Of a DNA stretch of 64,000 bases, positions 20,608-32,864 are shown piece by piece. Each line of letters starts with the position of its first letter. Position 1 is the stretch's first letter. The notes below the pieces were generated by a model. The model saw only the letters and a program-made list of their open reading frames with translations. It did not search any database and had not been told where the DNA came from. The DNA is from Nitrospirota bacterium (lineage in GTDB: Bacteria > Nitrospirota > Thermodesulfovibrionia > Thermodesulfovibrionales > UBA9159). A program made the translations under genes and the position numbers. The DNA lies in the NCBI GenBank assembly GCA_963699545.1, contig CAVOUE010000004.1, positions 1 to 64,000 on the forward strand, in the 5' to 3' direction.

Positions 20608-21614
20608 TATTTTACCTCCTCATTCTTCTTGGATTTGGCCGTTTCCTCATCAGCTTCATCCCTGTGGCGCAGCGCTGCGTAGCACATCCCGAAGAGGGCG
20701 GGCCAGACGGTCAGGACGAGAGGAACTGCCCCGAGGAAACCCTTCGTCTCTTCCACGAGGGGCCTGTTCGGTATATTCGTCGGGAATCCCAGGGAGTCGA
20801 AGGGAACTCCGGAAATGTACATCCAGCTCGTACCTCCTGCTTCCTTCTCACCGTAGATGTGATCGATATACCTGCCCGGGTTCTTTGAGATCTTTTCCCT
20901 GGCGATCTTGAGGATTTCATCCCTTTTGCCGAAGGTGATGACTCCCATAGGACAGGCCTCTGCGCATGCGGGGATACCCCCCGTCTTTACCCTGCCGTAA
21001 CACATGGTGCATTTCACGATTTTCGGCTCGAGTGCGCTGTCGTAATCGTACGCAGGGACATAGAAGGGGCAGGCGGTCATGCAGTACCTGCACCCGAAGC
21101 AGAGATCCTCGTTATACGTCACAGGACCTTCGGGCGTCTTGTTGTATGCGTGTATCGGGCAGGCGGTCGCGCATCCCGGCTCATTGCAGTGGTTACACTG
21201 CATCTTGCGGTAGACGAACTTGTTCTTGTCTTTTGGGTCTGCATACCGGTTCACCACAGTGTATGCCTTTGCGTCAGGTCTCCTTGTCTCGTTGAAGACG
21301 GATACGTCGTCAAAAGGAGTTGAAGGCTTGGGAAGGTTGTTCGCCTCATTGCACGCCTTCTCACAACTGCGGCAGCCCACGCATGCGGTGAGGTCGGTGA
21401 GCAAGCCGAAGCGGTTCGGCCAGCCCGTAAATTCCCCTGCCGCATTCAGGCGGGAAGGGCTGCCGATGACTGCAGAGGCGCCCACCGCGGTCACGGTCCC
21501 TAAGAAGAATCTTCGGGAAATCCCTTTTGCGGCGGCCGTCTGAGTGTGATCCGCATCACCTTTTGCTGTGGCATTTTTTTCAGCTGCAAAAGGTTTGTCA
21601 GGTTTTTTTGCCAT
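20607..21614 (-). CDS. HybA/HmcB-type 4x[4Fe-4S] periplasmic subunit
   Basis: Tat motif SRRFFL; CVGCRSC, CNHCNEPGC, CFGCRYC, KCTMC; EAGGTSW; C-terminal TM. Confidence 0.92.
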   Translation of the reverse strand: MAKKPDKPFAAEKNATAKGDADHTQTAAAKGISRRFFLGTVTAVGASAVIGSPSRLNAAGEFTGWPNRFGLLTDLTACVGCRSCEKACNEANNLPKPSTPFDDVSVFNETRRPDAKAYTVVNRYADPKDKNKFVYRKMQCNHCNEPGCATACPIHAYNKTPEGPVTYNEDLCFGCRYCMTACPFYVPAYDYDSALEPKIVKCTMCYGRVKTGGIPACAEACPMGVITFGKRDEILKIAREKISKNPGRYIDHIYGEKEAGGTSWMYISGVPFDSLGFPTNIPNRPLVEETKGFLGAVPLVLTVWPALFGMCYAALRHRDEADEETAKSKKNEEVK

Positions 21615-21637
21615 AAATAGCCTCCTTTAGAATATGG

Positions 21638-22105
21638 TTACTTCAGTTTCTTGCTTAGTGTCACTTCTTTCTGCGCATGGCACAGCTCTGCACATCCTTT
21701 CGGGTCTTTCCCCACATTGCCCATCCCACGGTGGCACTGCAGGCACTGGGTGTGGTATGCCGCCTTGAGCCCGGGGATGTTCGGAGATGCGGGGGAATAC
21801 GCACCATGGCAGCTCTTGCACGCCGTGAAATTGTGGGTCACGGAGTTCTTGAACGCCGATGCGTCAAGGGAATGGCAGCTCTTGCAGGGAAGGGTGCCGC
21901 TGTTGCCGTGCTCATGATGACAGGTGCCGCAATTGCCTGCGAAAGCGGTATGCCGCTCGTGAGTGAAGAACACCGGTTGATATTTATCGGACAAGCTGTC
22001 GAGAGTTATGATATCAGGGGCCTTCGCAGCGCTCCCCGCATAGAGTGTTGCTGCAAAGGAAGCAAGGGCTATGGCGGTAAGGACCAAGAGTGTCATTTTT
22101 TTCAT
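21638..22105 (-). CDS. Class III (c3-like) cytochrome c, 4 CxxCH plus 1 CxxxCH
   Basis: Signal peptide; FTHERH, CGTCHH, CKSCH x2, LKAAYH..CLQCH, CAELCH. Confidence 0.88.
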   Translation of the reverse strand: MKKMTLLVLTAIALASFAATLYAGSAAKAPDIITLDSLSDKYQPVFFTHERHTAFAGNCGTCHHEHGNSGTLPCKSCHSLDASAFKNSVTHNFTACKSCHGAYSPASPNIPGLKAAYHTQCLQCHRGMGNVGKDPKGCAELCHAQKEVTLSKKLK

Positions 22106-22200
22106 ATATCGTGTCTCCTTTTCAGCAATTCCCGTGAGTTATGCATGCCGGTCCGGCAGCCACTCCCGGGAATTGCCGGGCAGTTTTGCAGCTTTCCTGG

Positions 22201-22596
22201 TTATTTCTCCTCATCCTGTTTCTTCTCTTCTTTCTTTTTCTTTTTACCGGCAAGATAAGCCTCTGTGGGCCTCCAACCGAAAGATGCACTTCTGCCGACC
22301 AGTCCCATTACACCGCTGAGCGCTGCTGTGCCGACGGCAAAGGCAAAGGCAAAGGGAAGCATCGCCACGTATCCCAGACCGATAAACGGTGCGGCTGCGA
22401 TCTTCTTGATGGTCGCAAAGGTGGAGGGTTTGTTATTCCTGAGAAATTCCAGGTCTTCTCTCCCCGATTCCCTCAGGACCTTGAAGGGTTTCGGCTTTAA
22501 GACCTCTGCAAAGAGTATGTATCCGGCGATGAACAGGATAGAGATGATGTACTCAACGCCCTTCACATGGGTTAAATAGTCATACAGTGTATTCAT
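22201..22596 (-). CDS. Small membrane protein with HmcD-like N-terminus
   Basis: MNTLYDYLTHVKGVEYII resembles HmcD; SD GGAGG; two hydrophobic segments. Confidence 0.7.
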   Translation of the reverse strand: MNTLYDYLTHVKGVEYIISILFIAGYILFAEVLKPKPFKVLRESGREDLEFLRNNKPSTFATIKKIAAAPFIGLGYVAMLPFAFAFAVGTAALSGVMGLVGRSASFGWRPTEAYLAGKKKKKEEKKQDEEK

Positions 22597-22638
22597 CGTA
22601 TCCTCCTTTCTCGAGGGCTGTCCCCAGCCCCTTTTTTA

Positions 22639-22989
22639 TTATTTTGGTGCTCTCTTCTTCCCTTTCTTTTTCCCGGTCAGATGCGCCTCGCTCGGTCTCC
22701 AGCCGAATGACACGAGACTTCCGAGGAGACTCGCCAGACCGCCCAGGATCTTTCTGCCCGCCAGGGTCACAATGGTCCCGACCGCGATGAACGGCATGGC
22801 GATGACGTAGAACAGTCCGATTATGGGACCTGCAAGGAGCACAACACCGGGAGGAAATCTTGTGTATGTTGCTTTGCTGTCTCCCGGAAGCATTCCTTCA
22901 TCTGCAATATCGACCCTGTTTCCGTCGGCGATGTTCCAGTATGTCCCCTTTCCTACCTTATGTCCTCCTTTGAATCCAAACATTTTCAT
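22639..22989 (-). CDS. Small membrane protein, paralogous C-terminus to 22201-22596
   Basis: Shares GL.Y...PF and SFGWRP.EA.L.GKKK with its neighbour. Confidence 0.7.
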   Translation of the reverse strand: MKMFGFKGGHKVGKGTYWNIADGNRVDIADEGMLPGDSKATYTRFPPGVVLLAGPIIGLFYVIAMPFIAVGTIVTLAGRKILGGLASLLGSLVSFGWRPSEAHLTGKKKGKKRAPK

Positions 22990-23507
22990 TCACCCCCTTT
23001 CGTTTCTTTTTCTCTCTTCCTGGTTTATTTATAGCACATGCCGGGAAGGAAGATAATTGGAAGAAACTCCTATTTTGGGGGGTAAAATGTCCTAGGGGGA
23101 AGGGGGAGGAAAATCCCAAGCCTGTTGCGTTGAACTGGTGGAGTTGTAATGTCTTACGCGCGATCTTTCTCAGTGCGGTCCGTTATGAAACCATCGCTGT
23201 TTTTCCCTGAAATATCGTGAAGTTGCAGGCCGTGCTCCCGTACGGTCTTCATGAGTGAACCCGCATTTTGAAATTCCGGGCAGTCGTTTCGGAATAGTTC
23301 GGGTAGCTGACCGGCTTGCATATTGTGGTCACTTTTTTTGACCTGACAGATGATGTCAATCAACTTCCTGGCTGTGGAGTACACCCGACACCCAGTTTCG
23401 AGGAAATGAAACTCTTCTCGTTCTCCTTCCTGAAAAGTTGCGTCTACGATGAGCTAAGCCATTTGAGTATTTCAAGCTGACCTTCCCCCGAAAAAGTGGA
23501 CACCCAG

Positions 23508-24365
23508 TTAAGTTTCATCAAGGAGCCGTTCATATTGCTCCGGACTCCTATACCCTAATGCCGAGTGTTTCCTCTGACGATTATAGAACACTTCCACGTA
23601 CTCAAATATGCTGAGCCTTGCCTCCAGCCTTGAACGGTACTTCTCACCGTGGACCAATTCCGTTTTGAGGGTACCGAAGAACGACTCGGCATAGGCATTA
23701 TCATAGCAATTGCCACTTCTGCTCATGCTCGGGGTAATGTCGTATTCTCTGAGAAGCTCCTGATATGCATAGCTCGCGTACTGTCTGCCTCGATCAGAAT
23801 GGTGGATGAGCCCCTCGGAAGGGGTTTGCCTGCTTGCTGCCGCCTTCAGCGCATCAGAGGCGAGTTCCTGAGAGAGCTTGGCGCTCATGGACAGCCCGAT
23901 AATCCTCCTGCTTCTGACATTCATCACTGCCGCCACATACAGCCAGCCCTCGGAAGTGGGAACAAATGTTATATCTGATGCCCATACCCCCTCTGTCTGT
24001 CTCTTTTCAATCAGCAGGTTTGCCGCCAGGGCATAATCATGCCGTGAATCGGTAGTCCGCCTGAATCTCCTCTTTTTCACTTCCCCACATATTGCATGGT
24101 CCTTCATGATCCTGGCTACCCGGTTCTTCCCGCATTTGACACCCTGTTCATTGAGCTCAACGGTGATCCGGGGACTACCGTACAGCTTTCTGCTTTGAGT
24201 GTGGACCTCCCGTATGTGCCCCAGCAGCTCACGATTGTCTTTTACCCTCGTGCTGACCGGACGACTGCGCCACGCATAATACCCGCTCCTGGATACCTTC
24301 AACACCTCACACATGCTTCTCACCTTGTACTTCTCCCGGTGCTCTTCCATAAACCCATACTTCAT
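23508..24365 (-). CDS. IS3 transposase OrfB (rve/DDE)
   Basis: WASDIT, HSDRGRQY, GNCYDNA.AESFF, HSALGY. Confidence 0.95.
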   Translation of the reverse strand: MKYGFMEEHREKYKVRSMCEVLKVSRSGYYAWRSRPVSTRVKDNRELLGHIREVHTQSRKLYGSPRITVELNEQGVKCGKNRVARIMKDHAICGEVKKRRFRRTTDSRHDYALAANLLIEKRQTEGVWASDITFVPTSEGWLYVAAVMNVRSRRIIGLSMSAKLSQELASDALKAAASRQTPSEGLIHHSDRGRQYASYAYQELLREYDITPSMSRSGNCYDNAYAESFFGTLKTELVHGEKYRSRLEARLSIFEYVEVFYNRQRKHSALGYRSPEQYERLLDET

Positions 24366-24670
24366 CTGCTTTGTTTGGAGAATACGGCCAAGGCTTTTTT
24401 TAAAATATCCCTCTCTTCCTTCACCTCTTCTAATTCCTTACGGAGCTGCTTTATCTCCGCTCCCTCAGGACTTGAATGCCCTTTGCCCACAAAGGCCTTC
24501 TCACCATCTTTCAGCAATCTCCTTCTCCACAGATGAAGCAAATTTGGATGAATATCAAGCTCCCGCGCTACCCTACCTACTGGCATCCCCTTTTCCGTGA
24601 CCAGTTGCACTGCATTCCTCTTGAACTCACCGGTGAAATGCCGCCGTTTATCCTCTTTCCCCATACACAC
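24362..24670 (-). CDS. IS3 transposase OrfA (HTH) with A7G -1 frameshift motif
   Basis: EFKRNAV...ERDILKKA; TTA AAA AAA G, where a -1 slip enters the OrfB frame. Confidence 0.93.
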   Translation of the reverse strand: MCMGKEDKRRHFTGEFKRNAVQLVTEKGMPVGRVARELDIHPNLLHLWRRRLLKDGEKAFVGKGHSSPEGAEIKQLRKELEEVKEERDILKKALAVFSKQSR

Positions 24671-24941
24671 ACCTCCTCTTCCATCTTACAAATCTTTAGG
24701 TGTGTCCATCAATTCGGGGAAAGGTCAAGCTGTAATGTTCACGACTTAACTCGTGTATGTACCTTATTGCAGGAACGAGCGATGAACTTCTCAAACCCGT
24801 TTCAATAGTGTAAAATTTAATGAAAATCATTATTGTATTGCTTGATAGGTTTCCGACATTGTCACATCGGGATAAAAACTGAAAGACTACCGCCAAAATT
24901 AAAGAACAGTTCTCTATCGTTCTCATGAGAAGGGGTGTCAG

Positions 24942-25277
24942 ATGGGGTTGGGACATAAAGTCTTACAGTTCATAATTCTTGTTATCAGTGTCCTGGGCGC
25001 AGTGGTCGTCGTTTGGGACATTCTTGAAGCCATGGTTGAATTTTTTGGCATGAAGATAGCGCGTGCGAGGAAAAAAGTCATCATCGAGAGCGAGGCTATT
25101 CGCCTGCGATTGGATACACACATCTTGCTTGGCTTTGAGGTATTCATCGCTGCAAGTATCATCAGTTTGTTTGCCAGCCCAACATGGGAGATGATGGGTA
25201 GACTTGCATCCCTTGTGGCAATATGGGCTGTGCTAAGCTACTTCCTGCGGTTCGAGCTGAAACATTTTAATAAATGA
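24942..25277 (+). CDS. DUF1622-like membrane protein
   Basis: IRLRL...LLGFEVFIAASII...PTW...LSYFL..E. Confidence 0.75.
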   Translation: MGLGHKVLQFIILVISVLGAVVVVWDILEAMVEFFGMKIARARKKVIIESEAIRLRLDTHILLGFEVFIAASIISLFASPTWEMMGRLASLVAIWAVLSYFLRFELKHFNK

Positions 25278-25340
25278 GAGAGATATGATGTCAGGAGTTA
25301 TTCTTGAAAAATGAGTGGGAGGGTGTAAAAATAGTTCCTG

Positions 25341-27209
<1,869 letters not shown>

Positions 27210-27225
27210 CTTCACCTTCCCGCCG

Positions 27226-28147
27226 CTATGCCATCTCCCCGGGTGTCTCTTGACCTCTTCAACGACCTTGGATGCAAAGAGAACACTGAGCAGGTCGATG
27301 GTGATGGACTCCCGCCGCAGCCTGTTGTGCATGCACCCGGCATTCGCCACAGCGTTTTGTTCGCCCGTTCCGTGGCCTCCTCCATCGTGATCATCCGCGC
27401 CCCGTGCTCGCTCGCGAAGAGACTCCAGGAGGACATCATACAATTGGACACGCAAATAGATCGCCAGGAGTTCGTCGACAATTTCCCGGAATGAAGGCTC
27501 GTAGTACCACTTGTCGATCGCTTCGCTTCGTTGCCCGTGTCAGTTCCAATGTGATCGGCAGCAGTCTTTTGATCTGCGTCAGACGCCGGAGGGGCGAGTA
27601 GAACTGGGTGTACACCGCATAGACCTCATCGATGGATCCGTTCAGAAGAGATCCAGGAGCAGCGAGAGGAATTTCTCGACCTCTTCCGCCAGAACTCCTT
27701 CGCGACGCCAGCCCGCGGAATACAGGATCGCGGCACCGCGTTTCCGGAAGTACCGCTCGCCTTTCCTTCCTTTCACCAGGAACACGGCTGATCTGAGCGG
27801 CCTTTTTTCTCTTCTCCCAGAAGTTCATGGCCAGACGGCAGGCCGCCAGATTATAGTTGCCGCACATCCCCCGGTCGGCCGTAATGACCAGCACGGCGAC
27901 CGTGTGCACGACATCCCGTTCCGTGAGCAGCGGCGTAGAGCGATCCGATGCTCACGCCTTTGCCCTCCAGATACTCCTGTTGGTCAAAGAGTATCTCCTG
28001 CATCTTCCGGGTATACTCCCGCAGGCCGGCGGCCCTGCGTCGCGATCGGGAAAGCTTGGCAGCCGAGACCGTCGCAAGCGTCCGGGTGATTGTTTGGATA
28101 TTTTGGACCGACTTGATTCTCTGCTTCAGCTCGAGTAATTTCAGCAC
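27226..28147 (-). CDS. atpG: ATP synthase gamma subunit, multiply frameshifted (3' end approximate)
   Basis: LKQRIKSVQNIQTITR, VITADRGMCGNYN, ASEHGARMITMEEAT, NRLRRESIT in different frames. Confidence 0.85.
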
Positions 28148-28157
28148 AGTGTCTGCC

Positions 28158-30024
28158 TCATACGACAGGCGTTACGGCGCCGGAACCGGTGGTTTTCTCG
28201 AGAAAGTCACGGGTAAGCCGGAGAACTGCCTCTCTCAGGACCGTCTCTGTTTCCTCGGATAGATCCTTCAGTTCGCGAATGCTTCGCAAAACGTCCGGAT
28301 AGTGAGCCTCCAGGAAAGTGAAGAACCTCTCTTCATAGGCCTTCACCTGCTCCACAGGGACCGCATCGAGACCTCCGTTCACAGCGGCGTAGAGGATGAC
28401 GACCTGCTGCTCCAGCGAAAGCGGGGTATGCTGGTCCTGTTTGAGCAGTTCCCGCTCACGCTCACCCCGGGTCAGCTGGTCCAGCGTCGCCCGGTCGACT
28501 TCCGCTCCGAACTTGACGAACTGGGCCATCTCATGATACTGGGCAAGGTCAATGCGCAAATGACCGGCCACTTTTTTCATCGCCCGTGTCTGTGCCATGC
28601 CGCCGACCCGCGAAACCGACAGACCCAGCGTCCATGGCCGGTCTGAACCCTTCGTTAAAGAGGCGCATATCGAGAAAGATCTGGCCGTCACAGATGGAAA
28701 TGACGTTGGTCGGGATGAAGGCGGAAATATCTCCTGCCAAGGTCTCAACGATCGGGAGCGCCGTAAGAGAACCGCCGCCGAGGTCGTCCCGGAGCCGGGC
28801 TGCCCGTTCAAGCAGGCGGGAATGGATGTAGAAGATATCCCCGGGATACGCCTCGCGCCCGATGGGCCTCTTAAGCAGCGCCGAGATCTCCCGGTACGTG
28901 ACGGCATGCTTGCTCAGGTCATCGTAGACAACCAGGGCATGACCGCCCTTCTCCATGAATTCCTCACCCATGGCACAGGCCGTATACGGAACCAGATAGC
29001 GGAATGCCGGCTCCTCGTTCGAGAAAGCCACGACAACGATGGTGTAGTCCATCGCCCCTCGCTGCTGCAAGGTACTGACAACGCGGGCTACTGACGACGC
29101 CTTCTGGCCTATCGCCGCATAGATGCAGATGACGCCCGAATCTTTCTGGCTTAAAATGGTGTCAATGGCGATCGTCGTCTTGCCGATCTTCCGGTCACCG
29201 AGAATCATCTCGCGCTGGCCCCGTCCGAGGGGAACGAGCGCATCAATGATCTTGATCCCGGTGTGGAGCGGTTCGATCACCGGATGGCGCTTGACGACGC
29301 CTGGCGCAATTCGTTCCGCCGGCCTGGATCGCACGGTCTGAAGCGGTCCTTTGCCATCAATCGGCTGACCAAGGGCATTCACAATCCGTCCGACAAGTGT
29401 CTCACCCACCGGAATCTGCAATAGGCGGCCGGTCCTCTCGACGACGCTGCCCGCTTCGATTTCTTCCTCGGGGCCGAGCAAGAGGCACCCCACCGTGTCC
29501 CGCAGTAAATTAAAGGCGATGCCGTACACGCCGCGCGGGAAGCAGACAACCTCCTGGGAACCGACACCTCTCAGGCCCGAGACGATGGCGACGCCGTCGC
29601 CGACCTGCAGGACCCTGCCGATGTCGGTCAGCTCTTCGATGCGGAGCCGCGGCTCTGTTTTCTCGATGATCCTCGCCAGATGAGCAGCCGTCTCTTCGAC
29701 AGTCGTGAACCCTTCTCTCTTCTTCGCAATGAATTGTGTTTCGAGCTCTTCCAGCAGCCTCCGCCTGAGATCGAGGTCGATTCTTCTCTCGCCGAGAATC
29801 AGTCTGGCCCCGATATCTAGGCGGGGGACGACCTTCATATCAATCTCGATTGCTCTTCCGGCAGCAGTGGACAGGCTTTCCTTGAGTTCCTCGATTACCG
29901 TGCGGTCGAGGGGGATCTGTGTTTCCAGGATCACAACAGGCTCGCTCAGGCACTTTAAGAGACGGACGAGATCCGTAGCTTTGGGATTATGTGTGAACTT
30001 TTCCATTTTGGTATCTGCACTCAT
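28158..30024 (-). CDS. atpA: ATP synthase alpha subunit with N-terminal delta(C-domain)-like fusion; frameshift near 28625
   Basis: [30 protein letters not shown]; about 100-aa N-terminal extension resembling the OSCP/delta C-domain. Confidence 0.92.
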
Positions 30025-30045
30025 CGCTCAGTCTCGGAGCGCTGC

Positions 30046-30585
30046 TCATTCCTGAGACACAATGCCCTCCATCTCCTTCAGGCGGGTGAGAATGAGTTTC
30101 TGTGTCAAAGCCCGGCGCTCACTTTCCGTCAGCGCTTCGTCAATGAAACGGCGAGTGACGAGCGTTACGAGATCGGCCAGATGTTCAGAAGTCTCTCGGA
30201 CGACTCTGTCCTTTTCGGTCTTGATGGTCTTTTGAGCCTCGAGAATGATGGCGTTCGCCTCGTGTTCAGCCTCTTCCAGTCCGGTCCGCCGCCTTTCGTC
30301 AGCCGCTGCCTGTGCCGCTCCAACGATCCTCTGCGCTTCGGCATGTGCTTCTGCCACAATTGAAGCAGCCTGTTTCTGGGCTTCAGCATATTCCTTGTCC
30401 GCCCTGTTCGCTTTTTCCATCTCAACAGCTATCATCTCCCGTCTTTCCTTCAGAGTCTTCCCCACGGTCCGGAGAAGGAGAAACCGGATCATCACAACAA
30501 GCAGGAGGAATTGGACGACCTCAGCCGCAAAAATCAACGGTTGCCCTGTGATCTCGTGGATCGCGTCTTTGAACAGTTCTTCCAT
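30046..30585 (-). CDS. atpF: ATP synthase subunit b
   Basis: N-terminal TM then Ala/Glu-rich coiled coil (LKERR..I). Confidence 0.85.
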   Translation of the reverse strand: MEELFKDAIHEITGQPLIFAAEVVQFLLLVVMIRFLLLRTVGKTLKERREMIAVEMEKANRADKEYAEAQKQAASIVAEAHAEAQRIVGAAQAAADERRRTGLEEAEHEANAIILEAQKTIKTEKDRVVRETSEHLADLVTLVTRRFIDEALTESERRALTQKLILTRLKEMEGIVSQE

Positions 30586-30587
30586 GC

Positions 30588-31088
30588 TTACTTTGCCGCT
30601 CCCCGGGTCGTCACGACCCGGTCCACCATGAACCGGAGCATATCCTCGTCAACCTCGCCGATCAGTTTGACCAGGGCCTGCCTGCTGCAGGTCAAGAAAT
30701 GTGATACCAGTTTGGTCTGTTCCTCCTCCGCGAGCCTGAGAACCTCTCCCCTGCCCATGGCAAGAATTTTCTCCGCCTCGGTAGAGGCCAGCGCACACCT
30801 CTCTGCCCGTATCCTCATGAGTTCTTCCTCTCCCGCTCCCGATAGACGCCTTGCCTGATCCGCTGCTTCCGTCAGAATTCTCTCCGCCTCTCCTTGCGCT
30901 TTCCGGAGCAGCGCGCTCGCTTCTTGCTCTACGAGGCGGCAGCACTCCAGCCTTCGCTCCCTCTTCTCCATCACCGCGATGAGGGGGAGAAATACCACTT
31001 TTCTCAAAAGAAAGAAGGTCACGAGGAATATGGCGGCCATCGCCGCCATCGCAATCAGGTTCAGCTGCTCCAGGGGATTGAGTGTCAT
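30588..31088 (-). CDS. ATP synthase subunit b'
   Basis: TM, FLPLIAVMEKRE, coiled coil. Confidence 0.82.
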   Translation of the reverse strand: MTLNPLEQLNLIAMAAMAAIFLVTFFLLRKVVFLPLIAVMEKRERRLECCRLVEQEASALLRKAQGEAERILTEAADQARRLSGAGEEELMRIRAERCALASTEAEKILAMGRGEVLRLAEEEQTKLVSHFLTCSRQALVKLIGEVDEDMLRFMVDRVVTTRGAAK

Positions 31089-31114
31089 ATGCTGCTCCCT
31101 GTCTCCTCAGACCA

Positions 31115-31342
31115 CTAAATCTTCGCCGCCAACATGAGAGCAATAACCAGGCAGTAGATTACCAGCGCTTCTACCAGGGCCATCGCGACGATCATGGCAG
31201 TAAACAACTGCGGTGCTGCTTCCGGTTGCCTGGTCATCCCCTCGATCGCCGTATAGGAGATCTTTCGCATCGCGAAGGCGGCAGCAATGGCGGTTGGTAC
31301 AATGGTCAATGTGGGAACAAGGACTAGGAAGATTTCTTTCAT
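31115..31342 (-). CDS. atpE: ATP synthase subunit c
   Basis: Hairpin with RQPE loop and ion-binding Glu (LVEALVIY). Confidence 0.92.
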   Translation of the reverse strand: MKEIFLVLVPTLTIVPTAIAAAFAMRKISYTAIEGMTRQPEAAPQLFTAMIVAMALVEALVIYCLVIALMLAAKI

Positions 31343-31362
31343 CGGTATCTCTCCTTTCTAAA

Positions 31363-32070
31363 TTATTTACTCCTTTTCCTTTCTGCAACGGCAGAGAACG
31401 GAGGCGAGGTCTGAGTATCAACCTCAGCCTTTTTTTTGTCCGTATGGACGGCTTCAGCCAAAAAGTTCGATGTCAGCAGGGTAAAGACCAACGGTTGAAT
31501 GAAGGCCGGAATCAGGCCCAGAGTGTGAATAACCAGCGGGATCCCGTAAGGTGCTGCTTTGACGACGAGTAACACGACAAGAAATTCACCGCCGATATTG
31601 CCGAATAGCCTGAGGGAGAGAGAGAGGATATCGCTGATCTTGGTGACCAACTGGAGCGGATTGGGCCAGAATAGATGTTTGATGGCTCCAAGTGCACCCA
31701 CAAACTTTACGCTTATGAAGGTGGTCCCGAACACGGCAATCAGGGCGAGCGTCAGCGTCCCGCCGTAGTACGAGGTCGGTGGTATCCTGATGATCGGAAA
31801 AGACACGGCGGCCAGGAGATTCGAGAAGAGAATAAACAGGAACAGACTGGCAAGAAACGGTGCGATCACCGTCACTCCGTCAGGATGTATTGCCCTGGCT
31901 CGCCGGACAAACCACTCAAGGGCAAATTCAGCAACGTTCTGGATCGGGTCAGGCACCTCCTCAAGCTTCCGGTGGGTCGCTACGATTCCCAGGACAATGA
32001 GAACCACCGCGACAAGCGTAAAATTGAAGATGATGATATAAGGCAGATAGTGTTGCATAATCTCAGACAC
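31363..32070 (-). CDS. atpB: ATP synthase subunit a
   Basis: QNVAE, LFLFILFSNL, PPT, SLSLRLFGNI, IQPLVFTLL. Confidence 0.92.
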   Translation of the reverse strand: MSEIMQHYLPYIIIFNFTLVAVVLIVLGIVATHRKLEEVPDPIQNVAEFALEWFVRRARAIHPDGVTVIAPFLASLFLFILFSNLLAAVSFPIIRIPPTSYYGGTLTLALIAVFGTTFISVKFVGALGAIKHLFWPNPLQLVTKISDILSLSLRLFGNIGGEFLVVLLVVKAAPYGIPLVIHTLGLIPAFIQPLVFTLLTSNFLAEAVHTDKKKAEVDTQTSPPFSAVAERKRSK

Positions 32071-32085
32071 GGGGTCCCCCCACGG

Positions 32086-32292
32086 CTATCGATGCCATTC
32101 CTGCTTAAGCCGCAGCATGTCACGAACAGCCAGGCAAAAGCCGACCAACAGGCCGATACCGGTAATGTATGGAAATGTTTTCAGCCATCTGTCCAGACCA
32201 TACCCGATTGCACCGCCGGCCAACAGGTAACTGGGTATCAACGACCATACGGCGATGACTTTCAGAAGTTTTGCTGAGAGCAGATCCTTCAT
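32086..32292 (-). CDS. AtpZ/AtpI-family small membrane protein
   Basis: GGAIGYGLDRWLKTFP...GLLVG pattern; directly before atpB. Confidence 0.8.
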   Translation of the reverse strand: MKDLLSAKLLKVIAVWSLIPSYLLAGGAIGYGLDRWLKTFPYITGIGLLVGFCLAVRDMLRLKQEWHR

Positions 32293-32317
32293 GGCTTTTG
32301 CACTCCTTCCCTCTTTG

Positions 32318-32783
32318 TCACATGCTGGAACTCTCTTTGTCCAGTGTTTCTTTCTGGTTCATGACCGGCATTTTCTGCCAGATCCTCACTATGATCAGGC
32401 CACCGACGACCGCAGCCAGCGCATGCACCACAAACGGCGTCAGGGCTTCGCTCGAAGCCTCAAGAGCCTGAACACTGCTCGCGGCCATGAGGGTTAGGAA
32501 GATGGCGAAGCCAGGGAGCGTGAGCACACCCAACAGAAGCGTGATCAACGCTCTGCTTTGGGGCGAGGACAGAAGTCCTGGAGCGATGGAGAATCCGGTC
32601 AGCAGACCCGAGCAGACAGGAGAGATATAACCGCCCCCAGCCGAGAACGATCGTCAGGGGCACAAGAACACCGAGGAGCGCGACAATCGTCAAGGAGGTC
32701 CAGAATGCCCTCAGGAAGATAGCCGAAAGATACCGTGATCTGGCCTCTTCGCTTGCCTCATTTTCGAAAAAATGTTCTTTCAA
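32318..32783 (-). CDS. Multi-TM membrane protein heading the atp operon, frameshifted near 32600
   Basis: Two overlapping hydrophobic ORFs (32460-32783, 32318-32548) that join into one of about 155 aa; purine-rich SD upstream. Confidence 0.6.
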
Positions 32784-32835
32784 TTGTCTTCCCCCCTCAT
32801 CCCTTCCTGAGTGAAAAATATTGATTCTTAATTAA

Positions 32836-32864
32836 ATTGTCCCAGAAGAATCACTGTGTGTCAA
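32836..32864 (-). promoter_or_regulatory. Sigma-70 promoter of the atp operon
   Basis: TTGACA-N17-GACAAT on the minus strand. Confidence 0.6.

Larger units (their letters stand above)
23478..24727 (-). mobile_element. IS3-family insertion sequence, copy 1 (1250 bp, 3-bp target duplication AGC)
   Basis: Imperfect terminal IRs tgaccttcccccgaa...gtggacac / gtgtcca...ttcggggaaaggtca; AGC on both sides; orfA plus orfB. Confidence 0.95.

Noticed and set aside
19369-21614. Hydrogenase-2 (hybAB) operon
   Set aside because: No NiFe large or small subunit or maturation genes adjacent; context is Hmc/Cbc-like
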